Positions 9,474 through 17,698 of a stretch of DNA of 39,469 nt are shown here, piece after piece (the stretch's first letter is position 1; each line of letters starts with the position of its first letter). Origin of the DNA: Pseudomonadota bacterium (GTDB taxonomy: Bacteria > Pseudomonadota > Alphaproteobacteria > Sphingomonadales > Sphingomonadaceae); assembly GCA_039027455.1 (NCBI GenBank), contig JBCCKJ010000001.1, positions 1 through 39,469 of the forward strand. Direction: 5' to 3'. The position numbers were made by a program, and so were the translations under genes. The notes under the pieces are model-generated. The model was given only the letters and a program-made list of their open reading frames with translations, was not told where the DNA came from and ran no database searches.

Positions 9474-9716
9474 ATGACCGAAGCCGAAGTTGACGAGCGC
9501 ATCCGCGCCCTGATCGAGCCCTTCAACAAGAAGGGTGTGGCGATTGAACCCGCGACGACTTTCGCGAACGATCTTGAGTTTGACAGCCTGACGGTGATGG
9601 ACTTCGTCGCCGAGATTGAGGACGAATTCGACATTATCATCAGCATGAACCAACAGGCCGAGATTGAGAATTACGGCCAGTTGGTAAGCGCAGTGCACAA
9701 GCTCCAAGATAGCTGA
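9474..9716 (+). CDS. Acyl carrier protein, probably sphingolipid-dedicated
   Basis: FDSL phosphopantetheine Ser motif, IEDEFDI; directly upstream of spt. Confidence 0.92.
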   Translation: MTEAEVDERIRALIEPFNKKGVAIEPATTFANDLEFDSLTVMDFVAEIEDEFDIIISMNQQAEIENYGQLVSAVHKLQDS

Positions 9717-9729
9717 TACAAGACCCCTT

Positions 9730-10983
9730 ATGACTGATATCGCAACCAAACCGGCTCCTGAAGCCGCGGCGCCAAAGGGCGATCTGTTCTCCAAGTTCGA
9801 TGGAATGATCCAACTGCGCGAGAGCATCCTCGCGACCGGCGTGGAGGACCCGTACAATCTGGTGATGGAAAAGGTGCTTTCGCCAACGCGAGCAATCTGC
9901 AACGGGCGCGACACGATCCTGCTGGGCACCTACAACTACATGGGGATGACCTTTGATCCCGATGTGCTCGACGCGGGCAAGGATGCGCTCGAAAACTACG
10001 GATCAGGCACCACAGGAAGCCGCGTTCTGAATGGCACGTATCAAGGCCACAAGGAATGCGAGGACGCGCTCAAAGAGTTTTACGCGATGGACCACGCGAT
10101 GGTCTTCTCGACCGGGTATCAGGCCAATCTCGGGATCATCTCAACCATCGCAGGCAAGGGTGACTACATCATCCTCGACATCGACAGCCACGCCTCGATT
10201 TACGATGGCTGCGCGATGGGCAAGGCCGAAATCGTGCCGTTCAAGCACAACGATATTGAAGCGCTTGAAAAGCGGATGCGCCGCCTCCCCGAAGACGCTG
10301 GAAAACTGGTCGTCCTCGAAGGCGTGTATTCCATGCTCGGCGACGTCGCGCCGCTCAAGGAGATGATCGCGATCGCCAAGAAGTATAGCGCGATGGTCCT
10401 TGTCGACGAAGCGCACTCGATGGGCTTTATTGGCGCGAATGGGCGCGGCGTGTGCGAGGAACAGGGCGTCATCGATGATGTCGATTTCATCATCGGCACC
10501 TTTTCCAAGAGCGTCGGCACCGTCGGCGGGTTCTGCGTCTCGAACCATCCCAAGTTCGACATTCTGCGCCTCGTGTGCCGCCCTTACGTCTTCACCGCCA
10601 GCCTGCCACCCAGCGTGGTTGCCACCGCCGCGACGTCGATCCGTAAACTTATGCACGGGGCCAACAAGCGCGCGCATTTGTGGGAGAACTCCAAGCGCCT
10701 GCACGCCGGGCTGACCGAAATGGGCTTCCCTCTTGGGACCGAAGAACCACAAAGCGCGATTGTCGCGGTCATCATGCCTGATCTCGAACAGGGCGCGATG
10801 ATGTGGGAGGCGCTTTTGAAAGAGGGCCTTTACGTCAATTTGGCGCGCCCACCGGCGACACCGGCGGGCATGACCTTGCTGCGCTGTTCGCTGTGCGCCG
10901 AGCATTCGTCTGAAGAGGTCGAAACCATTCTCCAGATGTTTGAACGCGCGGGCAAAGCAGTCGGAATCCTGCCAGCTGGCTAA
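9730..10983 (+). CDS. spt: Serine palmitoyltransferase (alpha-oxoamine synthase)
   Basis: GTYNYMG, GSRVLNGT, DEAHSMG, GTFSKSVG (PLP lysine), ARPPATP as in Sphingomonas SPT. Confidence 0.92.
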   Translation: MTDIATKPAPEAAAPKGDLFSKFDGMIQLRESILATGVEDPYNLVMEKVLSPTRAICNGRDTILLGTYNYMGMTFDPDVLDAGKDALENYGSGTTGSRVLNGTYQGHKECEDALKEFYAMDHAMVFSTGYQANLGIISTIAGKGDYIILDIDSHASIYDGCAMGKAEIVPFKHNDIEALEKRMRRLPEDAGKLVVLEGVYSMLGDVAPLKEMIAIAKKYSAMVLVDEAHSMGFIGANGRGVCEEQGVIDDVDFIIGTFSKSVGTVGGFCVSNHPKFDILRLVCRPYVFTASLPPSVVATAATSIRKLMHGANKRAHLWENSKRLHAGLTEMGFPLGTEEPQSAIVAVIMPDLEQGAMMWEALLKEGLYVNLARPPATPAGMTLLRCSLCAEHSSEEVETILQMFERAGKAVGILPAG

Positions 10984-11660
10984 TCCTGCGGTGCAGTGAG
11001 CCACGCGGCAATGGCCGTTGCGGCCATAGCTCCGACCAGTTGCGCTACGATAAACAGAGGCACATCCGCTGGCGCGATACCGGCGAACGTATCGCTCAAA
11101 CTGCGCACGATCGTGATCGCGGGGTTGGCGAAACTGGTCGAGGATGTGAACCAATACGCGCTGGTAATGTACAACGCGACCGCCGCCGGAATGGCGCTGG
11201 CGCGATAGCGAAGCAGCACGAGGATGGTGAGCACCAACCCAAAGGTGGCCACGAACTCTCCAGTCCACTGCCCAACGCCCGCGCGCGCCTTTGTCGAGAA
11301 CTGGAAGATCGGCAAGTCGAACATCAGGTGCGCCGCAAAAGCGCCCGGCGCGCCGCCCCCGACCTGAGACGCGATAAATCCAGTCGCCGTGCTAAAGCTG
11401 ATGTCGCGTCTTACGAGGAACGCGAGGGTCACAGCGGGATTGAAATGGGCGCCCGATATCGGCCCCAGCATGGCGATGAGCACGAAAAGGATCGCTCCGG
11501 TCGCGACAGTGTTCGCAAGCAAGGCCAAAGCGATGTTCGGACCGGCCAGATTCTCGGCCATGATGCCCGATCCGATCACCGCGACGAAGAGAAAGAAGCT
11601 GCCGATCGCTTCCGCGGCCAGTTGTCGGCTCACAGGGGGCTCAGCGGATCTGTCAGGCAT
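10980..11660 (-). CDS. MIP/aquaporin family channel (AqpS-like arsenite-channel subgroup)
   Basis: SGAHFNPAVT and YWFTSSTSFANPAIT loops; GSGIMA and LSDTFAGI typical of ars-associated MIPs. Confidence 0.88.
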   Translation of the reverse strand: MPDRSAEPPVSRQLAAEAIGSFFLFVAVIGSGIMAENLAGPNIALALLANTVATGAILFVLIAMLGPISGAHFNPAVTLAFLVRRDISFSTATGFIASQVGGGAPGAFAAHLMFDLPIFQFSTKARAGVGQWTGEFVATFGLVLTILVLLRYRASAIPAAVALYITSAYWFTSSTSFANPAITIVRSLSDTFAGIAPADVPLFIVAQLVGAMAATAIAAWLTAPQD

Positions 11661-12303
11661 CTGCGACGGTCAAAGGTTGGGGATTGGCGCATGGGCCACC
11701 CGGTTCGTCCTCACTGCCACCGAATTGCGCGAGCACAACCACGCCGCCAACAAGCAAGACGACAAAGGCCGTGGTAACCAGTCCAAGATACCGGTCAATG
11801 AACCCTTTGATCGGCGCGCCGAAAACGCGGAACAGCACGCCTACCGTGAAAAAGATCATTCCGCGCCCCACCACACTGGCTAGCACAAAGGTGATCAAGT
11901 TCATCCCGACAAAGCCTGCGCTTATGGTGAGCAGCTTAAACGGCACGGGCGTTGATCCCGCGATGATGATCGCCTCCCAATCGTATTCTTTGAGGTAACA
12001 CGCCGCCGTCGGGAAGCTGTCAGTCAATCCGATCAAGCCCAACAGCCAAACACCGACGCTCTCGAACAGCACCGCCCCGATGAAGTAACCAAAAATCCCG
12101 CCAGCGACCGAAGCCAGGGTCGCGATGACCCCAAAGCGCAAGGCTTTACGCGGTTCGGCCAGGCACATCAGGCCCAACAATGGATGCGGAGGGATCGGGA
12201 AAAAGCTCGCCTCGACAAAGCAGAAGAAGGCGAGCCAGGCCTGCGCTTGAGGGTGCGACGCCTTTTGCATCGTCCAATCGTACAAACTGCGCAGCCAAGC
12301 CAT
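11653..12303 (-). CDS. YqaA/DedA (VTT) family membrane protein
   Basis: EASFFPIPP, ASVAGG..GY.IG, TPVPFKLLTI.AG. Confidence 0.88.
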   Translation of the reverse strand: MAWLRSLYDWTMQKASHPQAQAWLAFFCFVEASFFPIPPHPLLGLMCLAEPRKALRFGVIATLASVAGGIFGYFIGAVLFESVGVWLLGLIGLTDSFPTAACYLKEYDWEAIIIAGSTPVPFKLLTISAGFVGMNLITFVLASVVGRGMIFFTVGVLFRVFGAPIKGFIDRYLGLVTTAFVVLLVGGVVVLAQFGGSEDEPGGPCANPQPLTVADA

Positions 12304-12408
12304 ATGCGGCCTTCCCCTAAATATGGCCGCGTCGGCCTGTTGGCGCCGTAAGGCAGCGATCCAAAGAGTGCAAGAAAACCAATTTCTAACCTATTTGGCA
12401 CTTTATTA

Positions 12409-12437
12409 TTGACATCGTAACGCTATTTGGCTATAAA
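12409..12437 (+). promoter_or_regulatory. Sigma70-type promoter of the GTA cluster
   Basis: TTGACA (12409-12414), 17-nt spacer, TATAAA (12432-12437); AT-rich upstream region. Confidence 0.75.
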
Positions 12438-12491
12438 GAGTCATCATCGAAAAAGTGTGAGTCGTTCACCGATCACGACGCACCCGTTAGC

Positions 12492-12525
12492 GGCGGCCTT
12501 CCCGTTTTGGGAACGCCGCCTTTTT
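12492..12525 (+). terminator. Intrinsic terminator in the GTA leader (attenuator)
   Basis: GGCGGC-C-TTCCC [GTTTT] GGGAA-C-GCCGCC followed by TTTTT, between the promoter and the first gene. Confidence 0.75.
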
Positions 12526-12551
12526 CATGCGCGATGCCGGGGAAGCTTTTT

Positions 12552-13025
12552 ATGGCAGCATGCCGCACTCTTACAAATATTCGCCCGGAACTGAGAGAAG
12601 GTGAAACCAGCCGACTCAGCCGCCATTGGCGGACCTTGTTTCTGGATTGCCTCGCTGAGACGTCGAATGTCTCCGAAGCGGCTCGCCGAGCCAACATAAA
12701 CGCAAGCCGCGCCTATAAGATCAGACGCGAAGAGCCCGAGTTCGCCCGCCAATGGCTGACCGCTCTTTGGGAAGGGTATGTCCATCTTGAGATGGAGGTT
12801 CTGCGACGCCTTCGAGAAGGCGACAGCTCAACCGATGGCAAGGAAAAGTACGATTTTGCCAACGCCATTCGGCTGCTCAACGCGCACCGCGAAAACGCCG
12901 CGCGCGCCGAAGCGGAACAGCGAAACGTAAGCGCAGCCGAAGTGCGCGCCTCAATCGATCGCAAGGTCGAGGCTATCCGATTGCAGATCCAGCGCGAGAA
13001 GCAAAAGGGCGCGCACGGTTCGTGA
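12552..13025 (+). CDS. Putative GTA small terminase subunit (HTH)
   Basis: FLDCLAETSNVSEAARRA...AYK.R..PEFARQW HTH pattern seen in phage TerS-like proteins; overlaps the TerL start (GTGA); start uncertain (ORF open from 12507). Confidence 0.62.
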   Translation: MAACRTLTNIRPELREGETSRLSRHWRTLFLDCLAETSNVSEAARRANINASRAYKIRREEPEFARQWLTALWEGYVHLEMEVLRRLREGDSSTDGKEKYDFANAIRLLNAHRENAARAEAEQRNVSAAEVRASIDRKVEAIRLQIQREKQKGAHGS

Positions 13026-14353
13026 ACGCCAATCTCTCCTTCCTCGCAACAGAGGAGCACGGCGTTCGCGATCGGGTCGCCAAAGTTCTCAATCAAACGG
13101 AACGCAACGAGTTCGACTATCACTGGGAATTGCTGGCGCGGCCATCGCAATTGGAGCCAGGTGGCGCTTGGCGCATTTGGCTGATTATGGCTGGTCGCGG
13201 CTTCGGCAAAACGCGCGCGGGGGCGGAATGGGTGCGCAAAATCGCAGAGAAACACCCAGAGGCGCGCATCGCCCTCGTGTCCTCCTCTCTCAACGAAACG
13301 CGCAGCGTGATGGTCGAAGGCGAAAGCGGGATACTCGCCTGCTGCCCCCCGGATCGTCGCCCTGTCTTTGAGCCCGCCTTGCGGCGGTTGCGGTTTCCGA
13401 ACGGCGCGCAGGCAAAATTGTATTCCGCAGCTGAACCCGAAACCCTACGAGGGCCGGAACATAGCCACGCGTGGTGTGACGAAGTGGCCAAGTGGCCGCT
13501 CAGCGCGGAGCGCGCGACCCGGTGTTGGGATAATCTTTTGATGGGGCTGCGTCGTACCAAAGAACCGCGCGTGCTCGCTACGACAACGCCGCGCGCCGTC
13601 CCACTGTTGCAGCGCCTGGTTGACCAATGCGAGGCGCACGAAGGTAGCACCGCGATCACACGGGGGTCCACTTACGACAATGTGGGCTATCTCCCTCAAC
13701 GCTTCTTTCAAGCGCTGGAGGCGGAGTACGCCGGGACGCAGCTCGCCCGGCAGGAAATCGGTGGCGAGTTGCTACGGGATATCAAGGGCGCGCTGTGGAC
13801 GCGCGCCATGCTGGAGGCGGCTCGCAACGAAGGGCCTCTGCCCCACATGCTAAGGATCGTGGTAGCGGTCGATCCCCCGGCCTCGTCCGACGGCGACGAA
13901 TGCGGCGTAATTGTCGCGGGGCTCGGCCAAGACGATATTGTGCGTGTTCTTGCCGATTGCAGTCTTGGGCCCGCAACGCCAGCGCAATGGGCGGCCGCGG
14001 TTAGCAAAGCGGCGACGCACTGGAACGCGGATCGCGTGGTGGCCGAAGCGAACCAAGGCGGCGCGATGGTCGAAAGCGTGCTTCGCGCCGCGAAGGAAGA
14101 TCTGCCCGTAAAGCTCGTCCACGCCAGCCGAGGGAAAGTCGCGCGGGCGGAGCCGGTGGCCGCCCTGTATTCGGCGGGCCGCGCGCTCCACATCCGCGCC
14201 TTCGGCAAACTCGAAGACCAGATGTGCGGGTTGATGGCGGGAGGCGACTACGCCGGGCCCGGAAGAAGCCCAGATCGCGCGGACGCCATGGTCTGGGCGC
14301 TGAGCGAGCTCGCGCTCAACCGGAGCGGGCAACCGAGCGTTCGCTCGATCTGA
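13022..14353 (+). CDS. GTA large terminase (DNA packaging ATPase/nuclease)
   Basis: Walker A GRGFGKT, Walker B AWCDE, TTTP, nuclease VVAVDP and SPDRADA. Confidence 0.95.
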   Translation: MNANLSFLATEEHGVRDRVAKVLNQTERNEFDYHWELLARPSQLEPGGAWRIWLIMAGRGFGKTRAGAEWVRKIAEKHPEARIALVSSSLNETRSVMVEGESGILACCPPDRRPVFEPALRRLRFPNGAQAKLYSAAEPETLRGPEHSHAWCDEVAKWPLSAERATRCWDNLLMGLRRTKEPRVLATTTPRAVPLLQRLVDQCEAHEGSTAITRGSTYDNVGYLPQRFFQALEAEYAGTQLARQEIGGELLRDIKGALWTRAMLEAARNEGPLPHMLRIVVAVDPPASSDGDECGVIVAGLGQDDIVRVLADCSLGPATPAQWAAAVSKAATHWNADRVVAEANQGGAMVESVLRAAKEDLPVKLVHASRGKVARAEPVAALYSAGRALHIRAFGKLEDQMCGLMAGGDYAGPGRSPDRADAMVWALSELALNRSGQPSVRSI

Positions 14354-14365
14354 AAAGGATAAAAC

Positions 14366-15544
14366 ATGGCTTGGATGGATACGCTGATCTCCGCCTTCAA
14401 GGGCGGGGAGGGAGCTCGCATGCCTCTCACATCCGGTTTCCCGACTGGCTTTCCGATTGACTGGGCCGTTGATTTTGCAACCAGTCCGACCGAAGCGTTC
14501 GAGTATTCTAGCGCGGTTCGCGAGAGCTTTCTGGCCAACCCGATCGCTCAACGCGCTGTGCGAATTGTGGCCGAGGGTATCGCGCAAGCGCCTCTGACTG
14601 CGAGCGACCCTAAGCTGACCGCTTTGGTTACAGCGACCAGCGCTGGCCAATCATTAATCGAAACGTTAGCGGCGCACCTTTTGCTCCACGGCAACGGCTA
14701 CGTTCAAATCGTGAAAGACGCCGCGGGCGGTCCGATCGAGCTTTACGCCTTAAGGCCGGATCGCATCCGCATATTGACCGACGAAAAGGGATGGCCGTGC
14801 GCGGCGGATTATTCGGTTGGCGGAGACAAACGCCGGATCGCCTTTGAGGACGAGGACGGTTGGCCCAACCTCATCCAGATCAAGGCGATGCATCCGCTCG
14901 AAGACCACTATGGGGCGAGCGCGCTGGCCGCTGCGCACCAAGCGGTCAAAGTCCACAACGCCGCCTCGAAATGGAACCGCACCTTGCTGGACAATGCCGC
15001 GCGGCCTTCAGGGGCGCTCGTCTATGAAACGGGTGACGGCGCGGGCCTAACCACCGACCAATTCGAACGGCTGAAGTCGGAACTGGCGAGCGCGTTTTCA
15101 GGGCCGGTCAACGCGGGGCGCCCGTTGTTGCTCGATGGCGGGTTGAAATGGCAGAGCCTCGCTCTCTCCCCAGCCGATATGGACTTTGCTACACTGAAAA
15201 GCGCGGCCGCGCGAGAAATCGCCTTGGCGTTCGGCGTCCCGCCGATGCTGCTAGGCCTACCCGGCGACAACACCTATTCAAACTATCGCGAGGCCAATCG
15301 CGCGTTGTGGCGGCTTACTCTTCTGCCGCTCGCCAATAAGCTGCTTTCCGCCTTGCAAGAGGGACTGCAACCTTGGTTCTCGGATGCCGGACTGACGGTC
15401 GATCTCGATCTGGTTCCCGCCCTTTCCGAAGACCGAGAGCGCCTTTGGAAGCAGGTTTCCGACGCTGAGTTCCTCACCCGGAATGAGAAACGCCAATTGC
15501 TCGGCTTTGCGCCGGACACTCTTCCGGAATCGGAGGAGAAGTGA
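14366..15544 (+). CDS. Phage portal protein, HK97 family
   Basis: LLLHGNGY, LRPDR, NAARPSGAL, AREIALAFGVPPMLLG.PGDNTYSNY. Confidence 0.95.
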   Translation: MAWMDTLISAFKGGEGARMPLTSGFPTGFPIDWAVDFATSPTEAFEYSSAVRESFLANPIAQRAVRIVAEGIAQAPLTASDPKLTALVTATSAGQSLIETLAAHLLLHGNGYVQIVKDAAGGPIELYALRPDRIRILTDEKGWPCAADYSVGGDKRRIAFEDEDGWPNLIQIKAMHPLEDHYGASALAAAHQAVKVHNAASKWNRTLLDNAARPSGALVYETGDGAGLTTDQFERLKSELASAFSGPVNAGRPLLLDGGLKWQSLALSPADMDFATLKSAAAREIALAFGVPPMLLGLPGDNTYSNYREANRALWRLTLLPLANKLLSALQEGLQPWFSDAGLTVDLDLVPALSEDRERLWKQVSDAEFLTRNEKRQLLGFAPDTLPESEEK

Positions 15545-15876
15545 TGGCCGACACATCCCGCCAGGCGCATTTGCGCGAAGACACACTCGCAAGGCTTCTC
15601 GCCCAGGCGGGAGAGGAAGGCGCGCAGCTCAACACATTACGAGCGATCGTCGAGGAAACCAGCGAGCTTGCGGCCGATCGGGTGCTTGTCCGGCTGGGAT
15701 TGGGCGATGCAAACGCGCAAGAAGATCTCGGGCAACTGCGCGAGCTGCTTGGGGCGTGGCGCGACGCCAAATCCAGCGCTTGGAAAGCACTGGTCGGCTG
15801 GTTCGTCCGGGCGGGACTTGCGCTGTTGCTGATAGGCATCGCGGTGCGGCTTGGCGTCTGGGACCTTGTCTCGTGA
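15541..15876 (+). CDS. DUF6127-like protein with a C-terminal hydrophobic helix
   Basis: LRAIVEE.SE..A.R.L..LGL.D..A..D...LRELL.AWRDAK then a TM-like segment; located between portal and protease. Confidence 0.7.
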   Translation: MMADTSRQAHLREDTLARLLAQAGEEGAQLNTLRAIVEETSELAADRVLVRLGLGDANAQEDLGQLRELLGAWRDAKSSAWKALVGWFVRAGLALLLIGIAVRLGVWDLVS

Positions 15877-16277
15877 AAGCGAATGTCATCCGCTTCGCCG
15901 GATACGCTGGGCTCTTCAATTTGCCTGACGCGGACCGCGACACTATCCGCAAGGGTGCCTTTGCGGATTCGTTGCGAGCGCGTGCAGAGCCCCTTCCTAT
16001 TCTATGGCAACACCGCCCCGAGCAGAGGATTGGCGAGGTTGAGAGGATCGCTGAAGACACCCGCGGACTGCGCGTGATTGGCCGGATTAGTAGCATGCAA
16101 AGCCAGGCGGCAAAGCTCCTGAACGATGGAGCCGTAAGCGGCCTAAGCTTCGGCTATCGCGCTCGCCAAAGTCGCCAAAGCCCGTCTGGTCGCGAGCTGC
16201 TCGACATCGAGCTTTTTGAAATCAGCGTTGTTACCCATCCCCTTCAACACAGGGCGAGGATCCATCTGATCGCCTGA
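15873..16277 (+). CDS. HK97-family prohead protease
   Basis: FAGYA, LWQH, GLSFGY (catalytic Ser), EISVVT.P; GTG start overlaps the upstream stop. Confidence 0.92.
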   Translation: MKANVIRFAGYAGLFNLPDADRDTIRKGAFADSLRARAEPLPILWQHRPEQRIGEVERIAEDTRGLRVIGRISSMQSQAAKLLNDGAVSGLSFGYRARQSRQSPSGRELLDIELFEISVVTHPLQHRARIHLIA

Positions 16278-16304
16278 AGCAACCTGCTTACCCACACTAC
16301 CGCC

Positions 16305-16328
16305 GGCCGCCATTAGGCGGCCATTTTT
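16305..16328 (+). terminator. Intrinsic terminator-like hairpin before the capsid gene
   Basis: GGCCGCC [ATTA] GGCGGCC followed by ATTTTT. Confidence 0.6.
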
Positions 16329-16368
16329 GTGCTCCCAACCCCTTCCGACAAGAAAGGTACCACTCCCA

Positions 16369-17535
16369 ATGGATATCACCGTCACTCCCGCCATACCCTC
16401 AACCACCTCGACGAACGCAACACCGCTCGAAGAGAGCTTCGACCTTGTCGAACGCCAAGAGCAATCCGAGGCAGCCATCAGCGCGCTGCGCACCGATGTC
16501 GGCGAGGTTAAGGCACGTCTCGACAAAGTGTCGCGCGCCGCGTCTCGTCCGACGATGAGCGGCGCGGCGCCGGTGGCCGAGGAGGTGAAGAGCTTCGTCA
16601 ATGGCTATCTTCGCCGGGGCGTGGAGCCGGAAGTCAAATCGCTCAACACAACGACGGCCGGGGATGGCGGCTTCGCGGTTCAGCAAGGGATTGATGCCGC
16701 GATCGCGAGCGAGCTTGTCGAGATCAGCCCTATCCGCGCATTGGCTCAAGTCGTCCAAACGGGATCGTCTGGCTATCGCAAACTGGTTTCAACGGGGGGA
16801 ACCGCCTCCGGCTGGGTCAGCGAGATCGCCGCACGTCCTGAAACGGACGCGCCGAACTTTGCCGAGATCGCTCCGCCCAGCGGCGACCTTTTCGCAAACC
16901 CCGCCGCCAGTCAGGGCATGCTCGACGATGTGGCCTTCGATATCGAGACCTGGCTCGCCAACGAGATCGCCATAGAGTTCGCTCGTGCGGAAGGTGCCGC
17001 CTTTGTGTCGGGCACGGGCACCAATCAGCCCGAGGGCTTTCTGACGGCGCCCAATTCCACGGCGGAAGACGGTGTTCGAGCCTTTGGCACCCTTCAATAT
17101 GTTGGCTCGGGTGACGCAACTGGCTTCGGCACAGCGCCGGAGGCCAAGCTCATCGACTTGATCCACTCGCTGAAAGCCGGCCATCGCCAAGGCGCGAGTT
17201 TCGTCATGAACTCCTCTACGTTGGCCGCGGTGCGAAAGCTCAAGACGTCCGATGGCGCGTTTTTGTGGCAGCCGGGACTGGTCGAAGGCCAGCCGGATCG
17301 CCTTCTCGGCTATCCAGTGGTCGAAGCCGAAGACATGCCCAGCGTTGCGGGCGGCGAATATCCGATTGCGTTCGGCAACTTCCGCCACGGCTACTTGATT
17401 GCCGAACACTCCGCGACGCGCGTGCTGCGTGATCCGTTCAGCAACAAGCCGTTCGTCCACTTCTACGCGACAAAACGCGTCGGCGGACAGGTTCTCGATT
17501 CCAACGCGATCAAGCTGCTCAAGATCGAGGCCTAG
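16369..17535 (+). CDS. GTA major capsid protein (HK97 fold)
   Basis: DGGFAV, SPIR..A, ANPAASQ.MLDD..FDIE.WLA.E, P.RLLGYPV, LRDPFS.KP.V.FYATKRVGG; RBS AGAAAGG before ATG 16369. Confidence 0.96.
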   Translation: MDITVTPAIPSTTSTNATPLEESFDLVERQEQSEAAISALRTDVGEVKARLDKVSRAASRPTMSGAAPVAEEVKSFVNGYLRRGVEPEVKSLNTTTAGDGGFAVQQGIDAAIASELVEISPIRALAQVVQTGSSGYRKLVSTGGTASGWVSEIAARPETDAPNFAEIAPPSGDLFANPAASQGMLDDVAFDIETWLANEIAIEFARAEGAAFVSGTGTNQPEGFLTAPNSTAEDGVRAFGTLQYVGSGDATGFGTAPEAKLIDLIHSLKAGHRQGASFVMNSSTLAAVRKLKTSDGAFLWQPGLVEGQPDRLLGYPVVEAEDMPSVAGGEYPIAFGNFRHGYLIAEHSATRVLRDPFSNKPFVHFYATKRVGGQVLDSNAIKLLKIEA

Positions 17536-17554
17536 AGTCTAGCGCTATGTGCTC

Positions 17555-17663
17555 CCGGCAAGGTCGAGGTTCCCCTTCCTCCCTTGCCGGAACCTCGCGC
17601 CCGCGCCGCCGGCATGGCTCGCCCTTGGGCTGTCCTCCCGCCACGCCTGAGCGGCGCGGGCGC
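17555..17663 (+). other. Highly structured intergenic RNA region after the capsid gene
   Basis: 9-bp stem 17555-17563/17582-17590, 8-bp alternative or pseudoknot stem 17566-17573/17589-17596, perfect 13-bp stem 17597-17609/17651-17663. Confidence 0.6.
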
Positions 17664-17698
17664 ATTTCAATCATCACTTCGACACGGGAGAAGCCGCG

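Noticed and set aside
10141-11268. 375-aa minus-strand ORF (likewise 11040..11777, 26743..27642, 16789..17460, 13850..14650, 25375..26094)
   Set aside because: Antisense or alternate-frame shadows of well-supported genes, expected at high GC; no recognisable motifs
12296-12335. Hairpin possibly sequestering the yqaA-like start codon (GCCATAT/ATATGGC)
   Set aside because: Short competing stems in GC-rich sequence; not distinguishable from chance
15483-15872. Long N-terminal extensions of ORF-track calls (protease from 15483, RidA to 8130, NlpC from 23330, capsid from 16327)
   Set aside because: They overlap neighbouring genes or terminators; downstream starts with an RBS or stop/start coupling fit family lengths better
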